From contig JANOAV010000038.1 of NCBI GenBank assembly GCA_031411295.1, positions 14,345 to 78,344 on the forward strand: a stretch of DNA of 64,000 nucleotides, in the 5' to 3' direction. Origin of the DNA: Verrucomicrobiales bacterium (lineage in GTDB: Bacteria; Verrucomicrobiota; Verrucomicrobiia; Verrucomicrobiales; V1-33). Position numbers and translations under genes: made by a program. Positions 19,307 through 28,908 of the stretch are shown piece by piece. Position 1 is the first letter of the stretch, and each line of letters opens with the position of its first letter. Under the pieces are notes generated by a model. It was not told where the DNA came from, did no database searches, and worked only from the letters and a program-made list of their open reading frames with translations.

Positions 19307-19609
19307 ATGCGCGGACTCATTACTCTAATTATATTAACCATCGTAGGGCCCGCACTGACCTATGTGGGACTCCAGAACAAAGCCCTGAATGAACGGCTCA
19401 ATACTGAGGGGAAAACTGCCGTCGGGGAAATTGTTGGTGGAGAATGGAAAAAAAGCCGGAAGGGCAGCAAGACCTACACCTTTGATGTGGCGTTCAAACC
19501 GGAGAGCGGCCCAGTAGTGAATAAAAAAAATGAAAGTGAACAACACTTACTTCAACGCCCACGCGGCGGGCGATGCCATTACGAACCCCGAGACCACGGT
19601 GCGCTATAA
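19307..19609 (+). CDS. DUF3592-like membrane protein, N-terminal part (frame broken at an A8 run)
   Basis: 'MRGLITLIILTIVGPALTYVG' TM helix, then a beta-rich 'GKTAVGEIVGGEW...TYTFDVAFKPE' segment. The coding signal leaves this frame at 19523-19530. Confidence 0.6.
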   Translation: MRGLITLIILTIVGPALTYVGLQNKALNERLNTEGKTAVGEIVGGEWKKSRKGSKTYTFDVAFKPESGPVVNKKNESEQHLLQRPRGGRCHYEPRDHGAL

Positions 19610-19739
19610 CCCAGCGCAGCCGGAGGAGGAATCCATCATCGAAGGCCAGGGTGAGGATTTATCATTCATGATTTATCTTGGCCCAGTGCTGGCGCTGATC
19701 GGGATAGGTGGCCTCATTTACAAATTCAAAAAGCGTTGA
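19530..19739 (+). CDS. DUF3592-like membrane protein, C-terminal part
   Basis: 'VNNTYFNAHAAGDAITNPETTVRYNPAQP' followed by the TM helix 'FMIYLGPVLALIGIGGLIY'. Joins 19307.. in one frame if A8 is read as A7. Confidence 0.6.
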   Translation: MKVNNTYFNAHAAGDAITNPETTVRYNPAQPEEESIIEGQGEDLSFMIYLGPVLALIGIGGLIYKFKKR

Positions 19740-20240
19740 TCGAGGAGCGGGCAGGGTTGCTAAAAAACGAGCGCAACACCGTAATTTTTCAGCTTGCCGA
19801 ATTCACCAGACAAGATAAACTCCACCCGTTGATCACTCCTATCCCTAGTGCAATTTCCCGTTTTGCCGCTGCTTCCGCAGCAGGCGCGCCTAACCGTGAC
19901 CCAATGTCCGGGCGCATTGCCAGGAAGGTGAATTTATAAACGCATGATTCGGACCTCCTTGTTGCGTCAGTGTGCGTTGGGATTCTCTAGCCTTGAGAGA
20001 TCTTCTGGCTCCACTGCTGTGGAATCCAATTATTTTCGTTCAAACATCAGCACCTAACTCAGTTACCCCCACCACATTATCATTACGCCTCCTCCCTCCA
20101 CCCCCAACCCTTCCACGCTTATAGCTACTCCGCCTCCTTCCAATTCCGGTCCTCCGTCGGGACCACGTCCGCCCTACAACAACAACAGTAGCGGCGGCAA
20201 TTCAGGTTATAACAATAATCGGAATCCCCGCGGGCGTGAC

Positions 20241-20912
20241 ATGACGCGTATCAATGATCGCATCCGCGCTCCGAAAGTCCGCGTGGTCGATGGTGATTCG
20301 AATCAACAGATCGGGGTCATGTCCCCGCAGGAAGCGTTAATTATTGCGCGGCAGCGTGGGTTGGATTTGGTGGAAGTGTCAGCCGAGGCCAAGCCTCCCG
20401 TGTGTAAAATCGTTAGCTACGGCAAGTGGAAGTATCAACAGTCGAAGCAAAAAGTGAAAGCCAAGAGTTCTGGCGGCAAAGTGAAGGAAGTGAAATTCCG
20501 CATCAACATTTCCCCGCACGACTACGGCATCAAACTCTCTCACGCGGAGGAATTTCTCGATCACAACAACAAGCTGCGTATTCACTTGCAATTCAAAGGC
20601 CGGGAAATGGCGCACCAGGAACTCGGATTCGAGCTGATGAAGCGGATTGCGGAGGACCTCAAAGGCATGGGCCATGTGGATCTCATGCCGAAGCAAGCCG
20701 GGCGCAGCATCAGTATGATGCTCAGCCCCCTGGCCACCCATCTGCGCCATCGTAAGTTCGCCAAGCCTGTCACAGAGTATATCGAGACCGAAGAATTCGA
20801 TGACGAAGAGGAGCATCATGAGACCCATGTTCACACGTTGAACCTGGAAGAAATTCTCGACAAAATGGAAGGCGAAGCCACCGAACGCAAAGGCAAGAAG
20901 CCCCGCGGCTGA
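20241..20912 (+). CDS. infC: Translation initiation factor IF-3 with an acidic C-terminal tail
   Basis: 'RINDRIRAPKVRVVDGDSNQQIGVMSPQEALIIARQRGLDLVEVSAEAKPPVCKIVSYGKWKY' plus the C-domain 'KEVKFRINISPHDYGIKL..AEEFL'. The frame stays open upstream to 20058, so the start is uncertain (see findings). Confidence 0.9.
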   Translation: MTRINDRIRAPKVRVVDGDSNQQIGVMSPQEALIIARQRGLDLVEVSAEAKPPVCKIVSYGKWKYQQSKQKVKAKSSGGKVKEVKFRINISPHDYGIKLSHAEEFLDHNNKLRIHLQFKGREMAHQELGFELMKRIAEDLKGMGHVDLMPKQAGRSISMMLSPLATHLRHRKFAKPVTEYIETEEFDDEEEHHETHVHTLNLEEILDKMEGEATERKGKKPRG

Positions 20913-20959
20913 ACCCTTCCATGCGGAGCGAAGTTCAACTACGCGAGGCGTTGAAGTCC

Positions 20960-21814
20960 TCAAACGAGCGCTTTCAGCGCCTCTGCAAAAGTAGGATAGC
21001 GAAATTCAAATCCGGCCGCTAAAGCCGCGCGCGGTTCCGCACGCACACTGTCCAGAAAAATGCTGCCCATGCCACCCGGCAACAGCTTCAGCGCGAACGC
21101 TGGGGTCGGAAAGATCGCTGGGCGATGCACTGCCTTCGCTAGTGCGGTCGTCAATGCTTGATTCCTCAGCGCTCCCGGAGCCACTCCGTTAATGATTCCG
21201 CTAACCTGGGCCTGTTCCACCGCAAACAAGAGCAACCGGACGGCATCCTCCACCTGGATCCACGCCACCCATTGCTGGCCGCTGCCCAAACGGCCTCCCA
21301 GTCCCAGTCGGAATACTTTGCGCTGCAGCGGCCAACCGCCGGCATCCTTGCCTAGCACCATCCCCAGTCGCACCACCACGGTGCGGGCGAAATCCCCTGC
21401 CTCCTTCACGGCTGCCTCCCAGTCTCGGACCACCTCCCCCAAAAAACCCGCTCCTTGCGGGGAGGTTTCATCCAGCACCTCATCTCCGCGATCCCCGTAA
21501 AACGAGATCCCCGAGGCGGAGACTAAAATTTTCGGCGGATCCGGCAAGGCTCGCATCGCTGTCACGATGCGTTGGGTTAGATCGATCCGACTTTCCCTAA
21601 TCCGTTGTTTCTTCGCTGCGGTCCACAAACCCAGCACGCTTTCGCCTACCAGATGCACCACCGCATCCAGGCCAGAGAAATCCAATTTGGCCACATCCCG
21701 TTGCCCTTCCCGGGGATGGCGGGAAAAGCCCACGACAGTGTGTCCGGCCGCTACCGCAAGCTTGGTGAAATGCTGCCCTAAAAATCCTGATGCTCCAGTT
21801 AGTCCTATGATCAT
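20960..21814 (-). CDS. TIGR01777/DUF1731-type NAD-dependent epimerase family protein (YfcH-like)
   Basis: 'MIIGLTGASGFLGQH' Rossmann N-terminus, 'SASGISFYGDRGD', and the C-terminal 'GFEFRYPTFAEAL' typical of the family. Confidence 0.8.
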   Translation of the reverse strand: MIIGLTGASGFLGQHFTKLAVAAGHTVVGFSRHPREGQRDVAKLDFSGLDAVVHLVGESVLGLWTAAKKQRIRESRIDLTQRIVTAMRALPDPPKILVSASGISFYGDRGDEVLDETSPQGAGFLGEVVRDWEAAVKEAGDFARTVVVRLGMVLGKDAGGWPLQRKVFRLGLGGRLGSGQQWVAWIQVEDAVRLLLFAVEQAQVSGIINGVAPGALRNQALTTALAKAVHRPAIFPTPAFALKLLPGGMGSIFLDSVRAEPRAALAAGFEFRYPTFAEALKALV

Positions 21815-21964
21815 ACCTCCAGCTTACGTCGCTCCATGGACGGGGGAAGCGAAATTTTGTTGCTGAAAAACACGTGAACCGCCCTCCATTCATCTGCTTT
21901 GATCGCAGCGTGAAGGAGGGCGGATCGTGTTTTGGGGGAGTTGCGTTTGGTGGGGGAAAACGGG

Positions 21965-23248
21965 TTACAGACTCTTCAAGAAGTCCAGCAATTGCTGCTT
22001 CTGCGTGGTGGAAAGCTTTTGATAGCGCTCACGGGAAGCTTTCGCTTCACCATCATGCGCCATTATCGCCACGTCGATGTTAGGGGCGCGACCATCGTGC
22101 AGATAGGGAGCGCTGGCTCGCAGACCCCAGAGCGGGGCGGTGCGCATTTCCCGGGCTCCGGCTTCACCCTGAACAATGCCATCGCCCAGACGGCCCATGT
22201 CATGGACTAGCAGATCAGAATAAAGATTCACCTGCTTCTGACTCAAGGCCAATACAGCGTGTCGCCCGGTGGTCATCGTGGGCACGTGGCAGACCGCACA
22301 ATTCAGTTGGCTGAAAATTTGGCGGCCCTGACTGGCTGACTGCGTTAGTGGCAACGGTTGCGGCGGAGCCAGCAAGCGCATGAAACTAGCCGCCGCATCG
22401 ATATCACCCCGTCCAGTTAGTGGATCGACGGTGTCCTCGGGATCCGCTACCAAATCGAACACCGCCAGCTTCGCCAAATCTCCGTTGGGCGCGTTCTCGG
22501 TGGGGAAGAGTCGGCTCGTAATCCCCATCTCATTGACATAGGCATCTCCTGCAAACGTCAGCAGATCCGCCTGCTGACATTTCCAGCCGAACTTTCCCAC
22601 CCGGATTTTGCCAGTGGCTACGTCCATAACTTTGACGGCATGACCTCGAATTCCGTCGCTGGGCGGACGCAGGGCATTGCGAAGGATGATTTCGTCAGGG
22701 ATCGCCTCAATTAAACCCAGCCCGAACAGGGGAGTGGATTGCCGATTTGCGGTAACGTTTGCCGCCAAGGGCACCACTTCCAAGATGGATTGGTCGATGG
22801 CGTTGTCCTGCAGCAGAGAGCCCCCCAGATCCGCCAGGGCATCAAAGTTGCCATTTTCGGTTCGTCCGAAGCGGGTCACCACAATGGCACTCGCACCACC
22901 AGTGCCGCCGCTGTTGTGACAGGCCACACAGGAAATATTGTTAAAAATTGGCCCCAAGCCACCGGCCGCATCTTCTTCATGCTCGAATTCATCGAGCCCT
23001 TCGGTAAATTCCTGTAGTTGGGTCTTCGTTAGCCCCGGCAAGGGATCGCCTAGCACTGGCAGAGGGTTGGCATTGGCAGCCAGCCTGGGTGCGGGCTTGA
23101 ATCGCTTTGCAGGAAACACTGGCGATCCATGGGGTGGTTGCGAAGCTCCCGCCGACTGCTGCGCCTGCCCCGATTCCGAGGCGGCTAACAGGCTGAAGAG
23201 CAGAGGGAGCACGATTGGGGGAATGGTATTAGTTTTCATACGCCACAA
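21965..23248 (-). CDS. DUF1111 di-haem oxidoreductase (putative peroxidase/thiol oxidoreductase)
   Basis: Signal peptide and two CxxCH sites, 'CVACHNSGGTGG' and 'CAVCHVPTMTTG'. Also 'TAPLWGL..SAPYLHDGRA'. Confidence 0.8.
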   Translation of the reverse strand: MWRMKTNTIPPIVLPLLFSLLAASESGQAQQSAGASQPPHGSPVFPAKRFKPAPRLAANANPLPVLGDPLPGLTKTQLQEFTEGLDEFEHEEDAAGGLGPIFNNISCVACHNSGGTGGASAIVVTRFGRTENGNFDALADLGGSLLQDNAIDQSILEVVPLAANVTANRQSTPLFGLGLIEAIPDEIILRNALRPPSDGIRGHAVKVMDVATGKIRVGKFGWKCQQADLLTFAGDAYVNEMGITSRLFPTENAPNGDLAKLAVFDLVADPEDTVDPLTGRGDIDAAASFMRLLAPPQPLPLTQSASQGRQIFSQLNCAVCHVPTMTTGRHAVLALSQKQVNLYSDLLVHDMGRLGDGIVQGEAGAREMRTAPLWGLRASAPYLHDGRAPNIDVAIMAHDGEAKASRERYQKLSTTQKQQLLDFLKSL

Positions 23249-23378
23249 CGTATTCCAGTTACCTGAAGTCCACGTGAAGACGTAATCTATTTGGGATTAT
23301 TTCGCCACCGCGAGAAAACTACGGGCACGGCAGCACTCCCGAGCCTGCACTGCGGGTGGTTCGTGCTCGCAGCCACTG

Positions 23379-26300
23379 CTATGGTTTCACCAATTTGAAG
23401 AAGCAACGTTGGGCGTTGGTTCCTGGAGTGGCCTTCTTTTGATCGCCCACAGTGGTCGTGGGCGCAGGGGAATCAATCCAGGTCTTCATGTCCAAGCTTT
23501 CCTTTAGCACCCAGCCGTCGGCGTTGGCAGGCCAGGTTAGAGTGAGGCCGTTGTTGCCGATGCCTGCGGTGCTGGTCATGCGCGGGATGAAGCCTGCGGT
23601 GAGGGCACGTGGTCCTGCGGCGGTAAAGCTCATGCTGGGGTTGGAGTTGACGATGACGCCATTTTCCACCCAGCCGATGAATTCCCATCCGCTGCCAGGG
23701 GTGGCTTTGAGGTTGACGTTGGCTCCTTGGACATAATTGCCTGCACCTGTTACGGTGCCGCCTGCTGCGGTGATGGAAATAGTGCTGGGCTGCACGCCTA
23801 ACGCAAAGGGCGAAAGGCTGGTGGTGCTGACGGTAAGAGTCTTGGCTACGGTGTTCACAGTGCCGGGAAGCTTCTCCCAGAGGGTGCCGTTATAGTGATA
23901 GATGGCAAGGGTGGTTTCGTCGAAGCCCGCAGGCAGCAACGACGGATTATATGCGAAGGTTAGATGAATCGCCCCGGTGTGGCTGCCATTGTATTCCAAA
24001 TGCCAGAGTTGGGTGATGCTTCCGCTGGGTTTATCAAAGGATGGTAGAGCGAAATCGCCCTCGTTCTCGCGCTCGAACATTTCTGCCTCATCGGCTTCGG
24101 CATAGTCGCCAAAGAAGGTGCCTTCGTTGGTGATGTCATCGAACTCAAAGTCCACCCCTCCGACGTGGGAGGAACCGCCATTGCAACTGCCGCCGCCGTG
24201 ATTTCCGCCGCCGCCGGTGGTGACTTTGGTGCCGGTAAGCAGACTGAGCAGGATGTCCAGGTTGGTGGATTGCCCGGGGGCCAAGTTACCCACGGACCAA
24301 CGTTGGCCACCTGCAATCCAACGGTCCGCAGGTGCGAAGCTGTCATGTCCCTGCCTTGTGGCATATGGCGCGCCCTGCCAGTTGGCCTCAATGGAAAGAT
24401 GCACGCCATCGGAGGGTTTGCCGTTGAAGTGATTATCCAAGCCATTTCCCTCGATGCCGTAATGCCCGATTTCAAAAGCGGTGGGAGCCACTTTGGAATG
24501 GAAGGCGATGCTGTCTTCCAAGCCCGCTGCGGAACTGCCGCTGCCAGTAGCGTTGGCGTCATTTCCAGTGAGCGTGGCATCGTAGTGGTATTGGCTGAGC
24601 TTGCCCGCGTAGGCCCGGTTATCATAGACCCCGCGTTGCGAAATGAGGCCGTGCAGGAGTTGGAAGAGTTGCACGCTCGTGATCGCTGAACCGCTGATGT
24701 TGCGGACGCGGAAACTTTCGTTCAGCACATAGCGGTTACTATTGATGGAGCTGCCCACACCAGCTGCGCTGGCCGCGGTGAGGCCCATGGGCGTGCCGGT
24801 CACTGTGTCTAGCATTTCGAAGTGCAGCGTGATTTCCAAGTCGTCATTCGCGATGATGGATTCCGCAATCGGCAGGCCATCCAGATTGGCTCCCACGAGA
24901 TGAATGCCCTGCACCACGCGGAAGGTGGAGTTCGTGTGCCAGTCCGGGTAGAGGAAATTGGGGTCCAGCCACGTGGGAGCCACGGCCACGCCATCCTTGG
25001 TGTAAGCTACGGCGGAGGCCCATTCGCCACTCAAATACTCGCGACCTTCGAAACCAGGAGTGTTGTCCAGCAGGTAGTCTGAGTAGCCGTAATCGGTCAG
25101 AGTGATGTTCCAGTTAGGATTCGCCAGCTGCATGGATCCACCGGTGCTGCCAGCGGGGCTGGCAATGAGATTGTCGATGAGGAATTTCTGCGCTCCGGCG
25201 GGGAAGGTGGCGAGTTCGATGCGGATATGATCGAAGCTCACTCCGGAATTGAACGTCATGGTCCCAGTGGGATAAGTGTCACCAAACATGCTGGAACCAT
25301 GTCCCAAGGAGGAACCCACGACGACGGGGAGTCCTGAGCTATGATCGCTGGCCGTGACTAAAAGATTGGATCCAATGTTGGTGGCGGTTTCCACGGTGGC
25401 GAAGTTAAACGAAACGCCAGTGATGGCTTGATCAAATTGCACTTCGATCACGGTGCCAACACTGGCACCAGGAGCTACGAAATGAGCGGCAAACTTGGTG
25501 AGCGTGAAACTAGTGCTGGCTTCCGTTTCCACCGTCGGCGGGGAAGTATCGGATGAGGAAAAGTCAGCCGTGACGCCACCTACAGTCTGACTGAACGGCA
25601 TGGGCGCATGCAAGGCCAGCGCAGGGATGCCGGTGTCGAAGGTGAAATGAATTCCCGCCAGACCAGCGGAGAAATTGGCGGTGTAGTCACCACTGGCGGT
25701 TGGCGTGAAGGTATAGCTGGGGCTGGTGCTAACTTCATTGCCCAGACTGTCCGTCCAGTTGATAAATTCATATCCAGCAGTGGCCGCAGCCACCAAAGTG
25801 AGACTGGCGCCCGGAGAAACACTGCTGGCTCCTAGCACCGTGCCGCTGCCCGTGGGCCAAGCGGAGGCGGTGATGGTATAAGCAGGCGAGAAGTTCGCGA
25901 CCAGCGTGCGGGGCGTGCTAACGGTGAACGTGTAGGCTACAGCGGTGCTGACGATGGTCCCGCCATCGGTCCAATTTCTAAAGACGTAATCTGGGTTCGA
26001 TACCGCTTCCAAGGTGGCGCTGGCACCGCTGGGATAGGCTCCTGCGCCTACCACAGAGCCACCAACCGCAGGCACGGCACTGGCAGTAATGGCGATCGCT
26101 GGCGCAAAATTGGCGACCAGCGCACGATTGGCACTGGTGGTGAATGTATAGTCTGCATCTGCGCTCACCACCGCTCCGCCAACCGTCCAATTGCTAAAAG
26201 CGAAGCCTGGATTCGGCAGGGCGGAAACCGTCACGTCATCGCCAATGGCATATGCTCCATCGCCCGAAACCGTGCCTCCAAGGGCTGGAGCGGCGGAGGT

Positions 26301-27995
26301 CGTAATGGTGATGCCGGTGTCGGAGAGAAAGTTTGCCACGAGCGTGCGGGGACCAGTGGCGTTGAAACTGTAGGTGGAATTCGTGCTGACAATGACACCG
26401 TTTTCCGTCCAGTTAGCAAAGGTATAGCCAGCGTTGGGGAACGCCTTAGCTTTAGCGTTGTCGCCTGTCTTGTAAGTTAGACTGTCCATTTCCGTCGTGC
26501 CGCCAACGCTGGGGGAAGAGGATGCCGTCATACTGAAAGTGAACTTGGCCACCAACGTGCGATTGGTGGTCACGGTAAAGGTATAGCTCGCATTTGTGCT
26601 CACGGTGGTGCTGCCTTCCTGCCATTTGGAGAATTGGTAATTCGGATTGGCGGTAGCGACCACGGTCGCGCTATCACCTGTGGCATAAGCCCCGCCTCCT
26701 GTAATGGTTCCCCCTGGGATTGGACTTGCGCTGGTGGTGATGGTCTTGGCAACGCCCGTCAATACGAAATTCGCGACCAGATCTTTGTTCGCATTCACTG
26801 GGAAAGTGTAGCTGGCCGCGGTGCTCACCTGACTGCCGCCCACGGTCCATTTCGTGAAGACATAGCCTGCGTTCGCTGTGGCCGTGACAGTGGCGCTCGC
26901 CCCGCTGAGAAAGGATCCCCCGCCGGTGGTCGTGCCGCCAGCCACAGGGTTGGCACTGGTGCTCACGGTGTAAGTTGGTAGCGCAGTGAAATTTGCTACC
27001 AGCACGCGGTCAGCATTGGCGCTGAAGGCATAGGTGGTCAGGGTGCTAACCACGACGCCCGCTTCCGTCCAGTTGGTGAAACCGTATCCTGCATTCGGCG
27101 TGGCCACCAGGGAGAGGGGCGATCCATCATCCACCGTGCCAGCACCGGTCGTGGTGCCACCAGCCACGGGATTGGCGCTGGAGTTGATGGTCCATTGCGG
27201 GACATCCAGTGCAAAATTGGCCACCAGCGAATGATTCACATCCAAGGTGAAGGTGTAGGTCGCTACATTACTAACTACGACCGCATTGTCCGTCCAACTC
27301 ACGAAGCGATAGCCTGCATTCGGTGTGGCCACCACAGTGACCTCGGCACCTGGGGCGAAAGATCCATCGCCCGTGGTCGTTCCGCCATCGATTGGCATCG
27401 AAGTGGTATCGACTAAATTGGCCGCTGGCAAAGCCGCCACTGCTGAGGCGATTTTAAGCGTGTAGTTTTTGGAAACATCGGGGTTCCGACCATCGGTGGC
27501 CATGATCTTGAAATTGAATTCCCCACTCACCGTCGGCGTGCCGGACAGCACGCCATTCACCGCATCGAAGGCCATGCCTGCAGGCAGTGGACCGTCTTTG
27601 ACGCAAAGGAAGGGCAGCGCGCCTTCCACCACCAACGTGCGGGCGGCATAGGGTGTGTTGATTTTCCCCTCGCTCACGTGATCGATCAACCCCACGGCTG
27701 CTTCCACATCGACCGCGGCCATTTGCGCACCAGTGTATTCGCCCACAATGACCAAGGTCGAGAGATCCACCTCAACGCCATTGACCGTCTTCGTTCCGGT
27801 GCCATGCAGACCATCGGGGCCGACGTTCTCCGCCATCGCTTCGCCTGTTTCATTATCCATGGGCCCGATGTATTTGTAGAACTCGTAGCGACGCGTCACG
27901 ACTTCATTTCCCCCGGCAGGTCTTCGGGAGCAGCCGCCTTCTTGGCGTTCAAGCCGCCATCCACCTTGCCGTAATCCTTTTGCAGGATCTGCCAT
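23379..27995 (-). CDS. Giant secreted repeat protein: 8 tandem + 1 C-terminal InlB-B-repeat-like units, a large uncharacterised central domain and a C-terminal 'W...W...FFKL' tail; probably continuous with 27896..28723
   Basis: Units of ~80 aa ending in 'G[YF]xFxxWT..G..VST...YTF.....R.LVANF'. No signal peptide at its own N-terminus. The first ~28 codons overlap the upstream ORF in another frame, and the first internal ATG is at 27860. Confidence 0.8.
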   Translation of the reverse strand: MADPAKGLRQGGWRLERQEGGCSRRPAGGNEVVTRRYEFYKYIGPMDNETGEAMAENVGPDGLHGTGTKTVNGVEVDLSTLVIVGEYTGAQMAAVDVEAAVGLIDHVSEGKINTPYAARTLVVEGALPFLCVKDGPLPAGMAFDAVNGVLSGTPTVSGEFNFKIMATDGRNPDVSKNYTLKIASAVAALPAANLVDTTSMPIDGGTTTGDGSFAPGAEVTVVATPNAGYRFVSWTDNAVVVSNVATYTFTLDVNHSLVANFALDVPQWTINSSANPVAGGTTTGAGTVDDGSPLSLVATPNAGYGFTNWTEAGVVVSTLTTYAFSANADRVLVANFTALPTYTVSTSANPVAGGTTTGGGSFLSGASATVTATANAGYVFTKWTVGGSQVSTAASYTFPVNANKDLVANFVLTGVAKTITTSASPIPGGTITGGGAYATGDSATVVATANPNYQFSKWQEGSTTVSTNASYTFTVTTNRTLVAKFTFSMTASSSPSVGGTTEMDSLTYKTGDNAKAKAFPNAGYTFANWTENGVIVSTNSTYSFNATGPRTLVANFLSDTGITITTSAAPALGGTVSGDGAYAIGDDVTVSALPNPGFAFSNWTVGGAVVSADADYTFTTSANRALVANFAPAIAITASAVPAVGGSVVGAGAYPSGASATLEAVSNPDYVFRNWTDGGTIVSTAVAYTFTVSTPRTLVANFSPAYTITASAWPTGSGTVLGASSVSPGASLTLVAAATAGYEFINWTDSLGNEVSTSPSYTFTPTASGDYTANFSAGLAGIHFTFDTGIPALALHAPMPFSQTVGGVTADFSSSDTSPPTVETEASTSFTLTKFAAHFVAPGASVGTVIEVQFDQAITGVSFNFATVETATNIGSNLLVTASDHSSGLPVVVGSSLGHGSSMFGDTYPTGTMTFNSGVSFDHIRIELATFPAGAQKFLIDNLIASPAGSTGGSMQLANPNWNITLTDYGYSDYLLDNTPGFEGREYLSGEWASAVAYTKDGVAVAPTWLDPNFLYPDWHTNSTFRVVQGIHLVGANLDGLPIAESIIANDDLEITLHFEMLDTVTGTPMGLTAASAAGVGSSINSNRYVLNESFRVRNISGSAITSVQLFQLLHGLISQRGVYDNRAYAGKLSQYHYDATLTGNDANATGSGSSAAGLEDSIAFHSKVAPTAFEIGHYGIEGNGLDNHFNGKPSDGVHLSIEANWQGAPYATRQGHDSFAPADRWIAGGQRWSVGNLAPGQSTNLDILLSLLTGTKVTTGGGGNHGGGSCNGGSSHVGGVDFEFDDITNEGTFFGDYAEADEAEMFERENEGDFALPSFDKPSGSITQLWHLEYNGSHTGAIHLTFAYNPSLLPAGFDETTLAIYHYNGTLWEKLPGTVNTVAKTLTVSTTSLSPFALGVQPSTISITAAGGTVTGAGNYVQGANVNLKATPGSGWEFIGWVENGVIVNSNPSMSFTAAGPRALTAGFIPRMTSTAGIGNNGLTLTWPANADGWVLKESLDMKTWIDSPAPTTTVGDQKKATPGTNAQRCFFKLVKP

Positions 27996-28723
27996 TCCGT
28001 TTCCACTTCATCAGGCTCCCCATTTTTCCAGTTCTTCTTTTCCGGATGATCCGGATCATTCGAGACCAGTTCGCGCAATTTTACTTTCTCGGCATTATGG
28101 GAGGTGGTGCGAATCTCTTTCATCCAGACCGCCTTACCGAATTCCTTCGGCTCCACAATCTTCGGTGGTGGTGGGGCAATCACCGCCTGCACCTGCGCCA
28201 CTCCGCCATTGACGGGCGGATAGTAAGTAAATGAAGGCGTAGAAACTTGCACGGCTCCGCCGGAAACCAGCGTGCCAGATCCATCGTCGATCAGCCAATT
28301 ATAACGCACCGCACCTACCGCAGCATTGTAGCCTGCGCCAAAGTGTTCGCCTCCGAAGTTCACGGCGGGATTGGTAAACATGTGGCCATTGGTCGGAGAA
28401 ATGGGACCGCTGGGGATGGCGGTGTAAGCGGCCCACGTGCCATCGGGTTTCTTCTTGCTATCCCAACGAATGCGGCACTTCGGATGTCCCGCCACCGAGT
28501 TGTCCTCCGTGATATTCGGCACTCCGTAGTGGTTGTAGTTGTAAGTATAAGTGATCGAGGTGCTATGACAATCTTCGATCTCAATCTCAAAGCCATGACA
28601 CTCATGACCCGTGTCATTGACCGTGTCGAAGTTATTGATGGAGCCATAAGCGATGCTGGCCTGGGCCACAGGGGAGGCGGCTAGGAGCGTGGTAAGCAGG
28701 GGTAGGAGGAAAGGTAGTTTCAT
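27896..28723 (-). CDS. Secreted N-terminal segment (signal peptide + Cys/His-containing beta domain), likely the true N-terminus of the giant repeat protein
   Basis: 'MKLPFLLPLLTTLLAASPVAQA' signal peptide. The ORF ends 'PEDLPGEMKS*' at a C5/G5 run (27910-27914). One extra G gives '...PEDLPGGNEVVTRRYEFYKY...', which is the frame of 23379..27995. Confidence 0.6.
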   Translation of the reverse strand: MKLPFLLPLLTTLLAASPVAQASIAYGSINNFDTVNDTGHECHGFEIEIEDCHSTSITYTYNYNHYGVPNITEDNSVAGHPKCRIRWDSKKKPDGTWAAYTAIPSGPISPTNGHMFTNPAVNFGGEHFGAGYNAAVGAVRYNWLIDDGSGTLVSGGAVQVSTPSFTYYPPVNGGVAQVQAVIAPPPPKIVEPKEFGKAVWMKEIRTTSHNAEKVKLRELVSNDPDHPEKKNWKNGEPDEVETEWQILQKDYGKVDGGLNAKKAAAPEDLPGEMKS

Positions 28724-28908
28724 AGGCAGCGGGATTCGCTACCAGAGTAACCTCCATCGCACTGACTACAATCTAACCACCGTAACGGAACGGTTGGATT
28801 AACGAGTTGTCACCTTGGGCATCTTCCGCCCCCTTGTCGCAACGCGATTAAACGTCCCGGACCCCACAGACTTGACCGTTGCGAATTCCAGAGCGTTCAT
28901 GAGAAACC

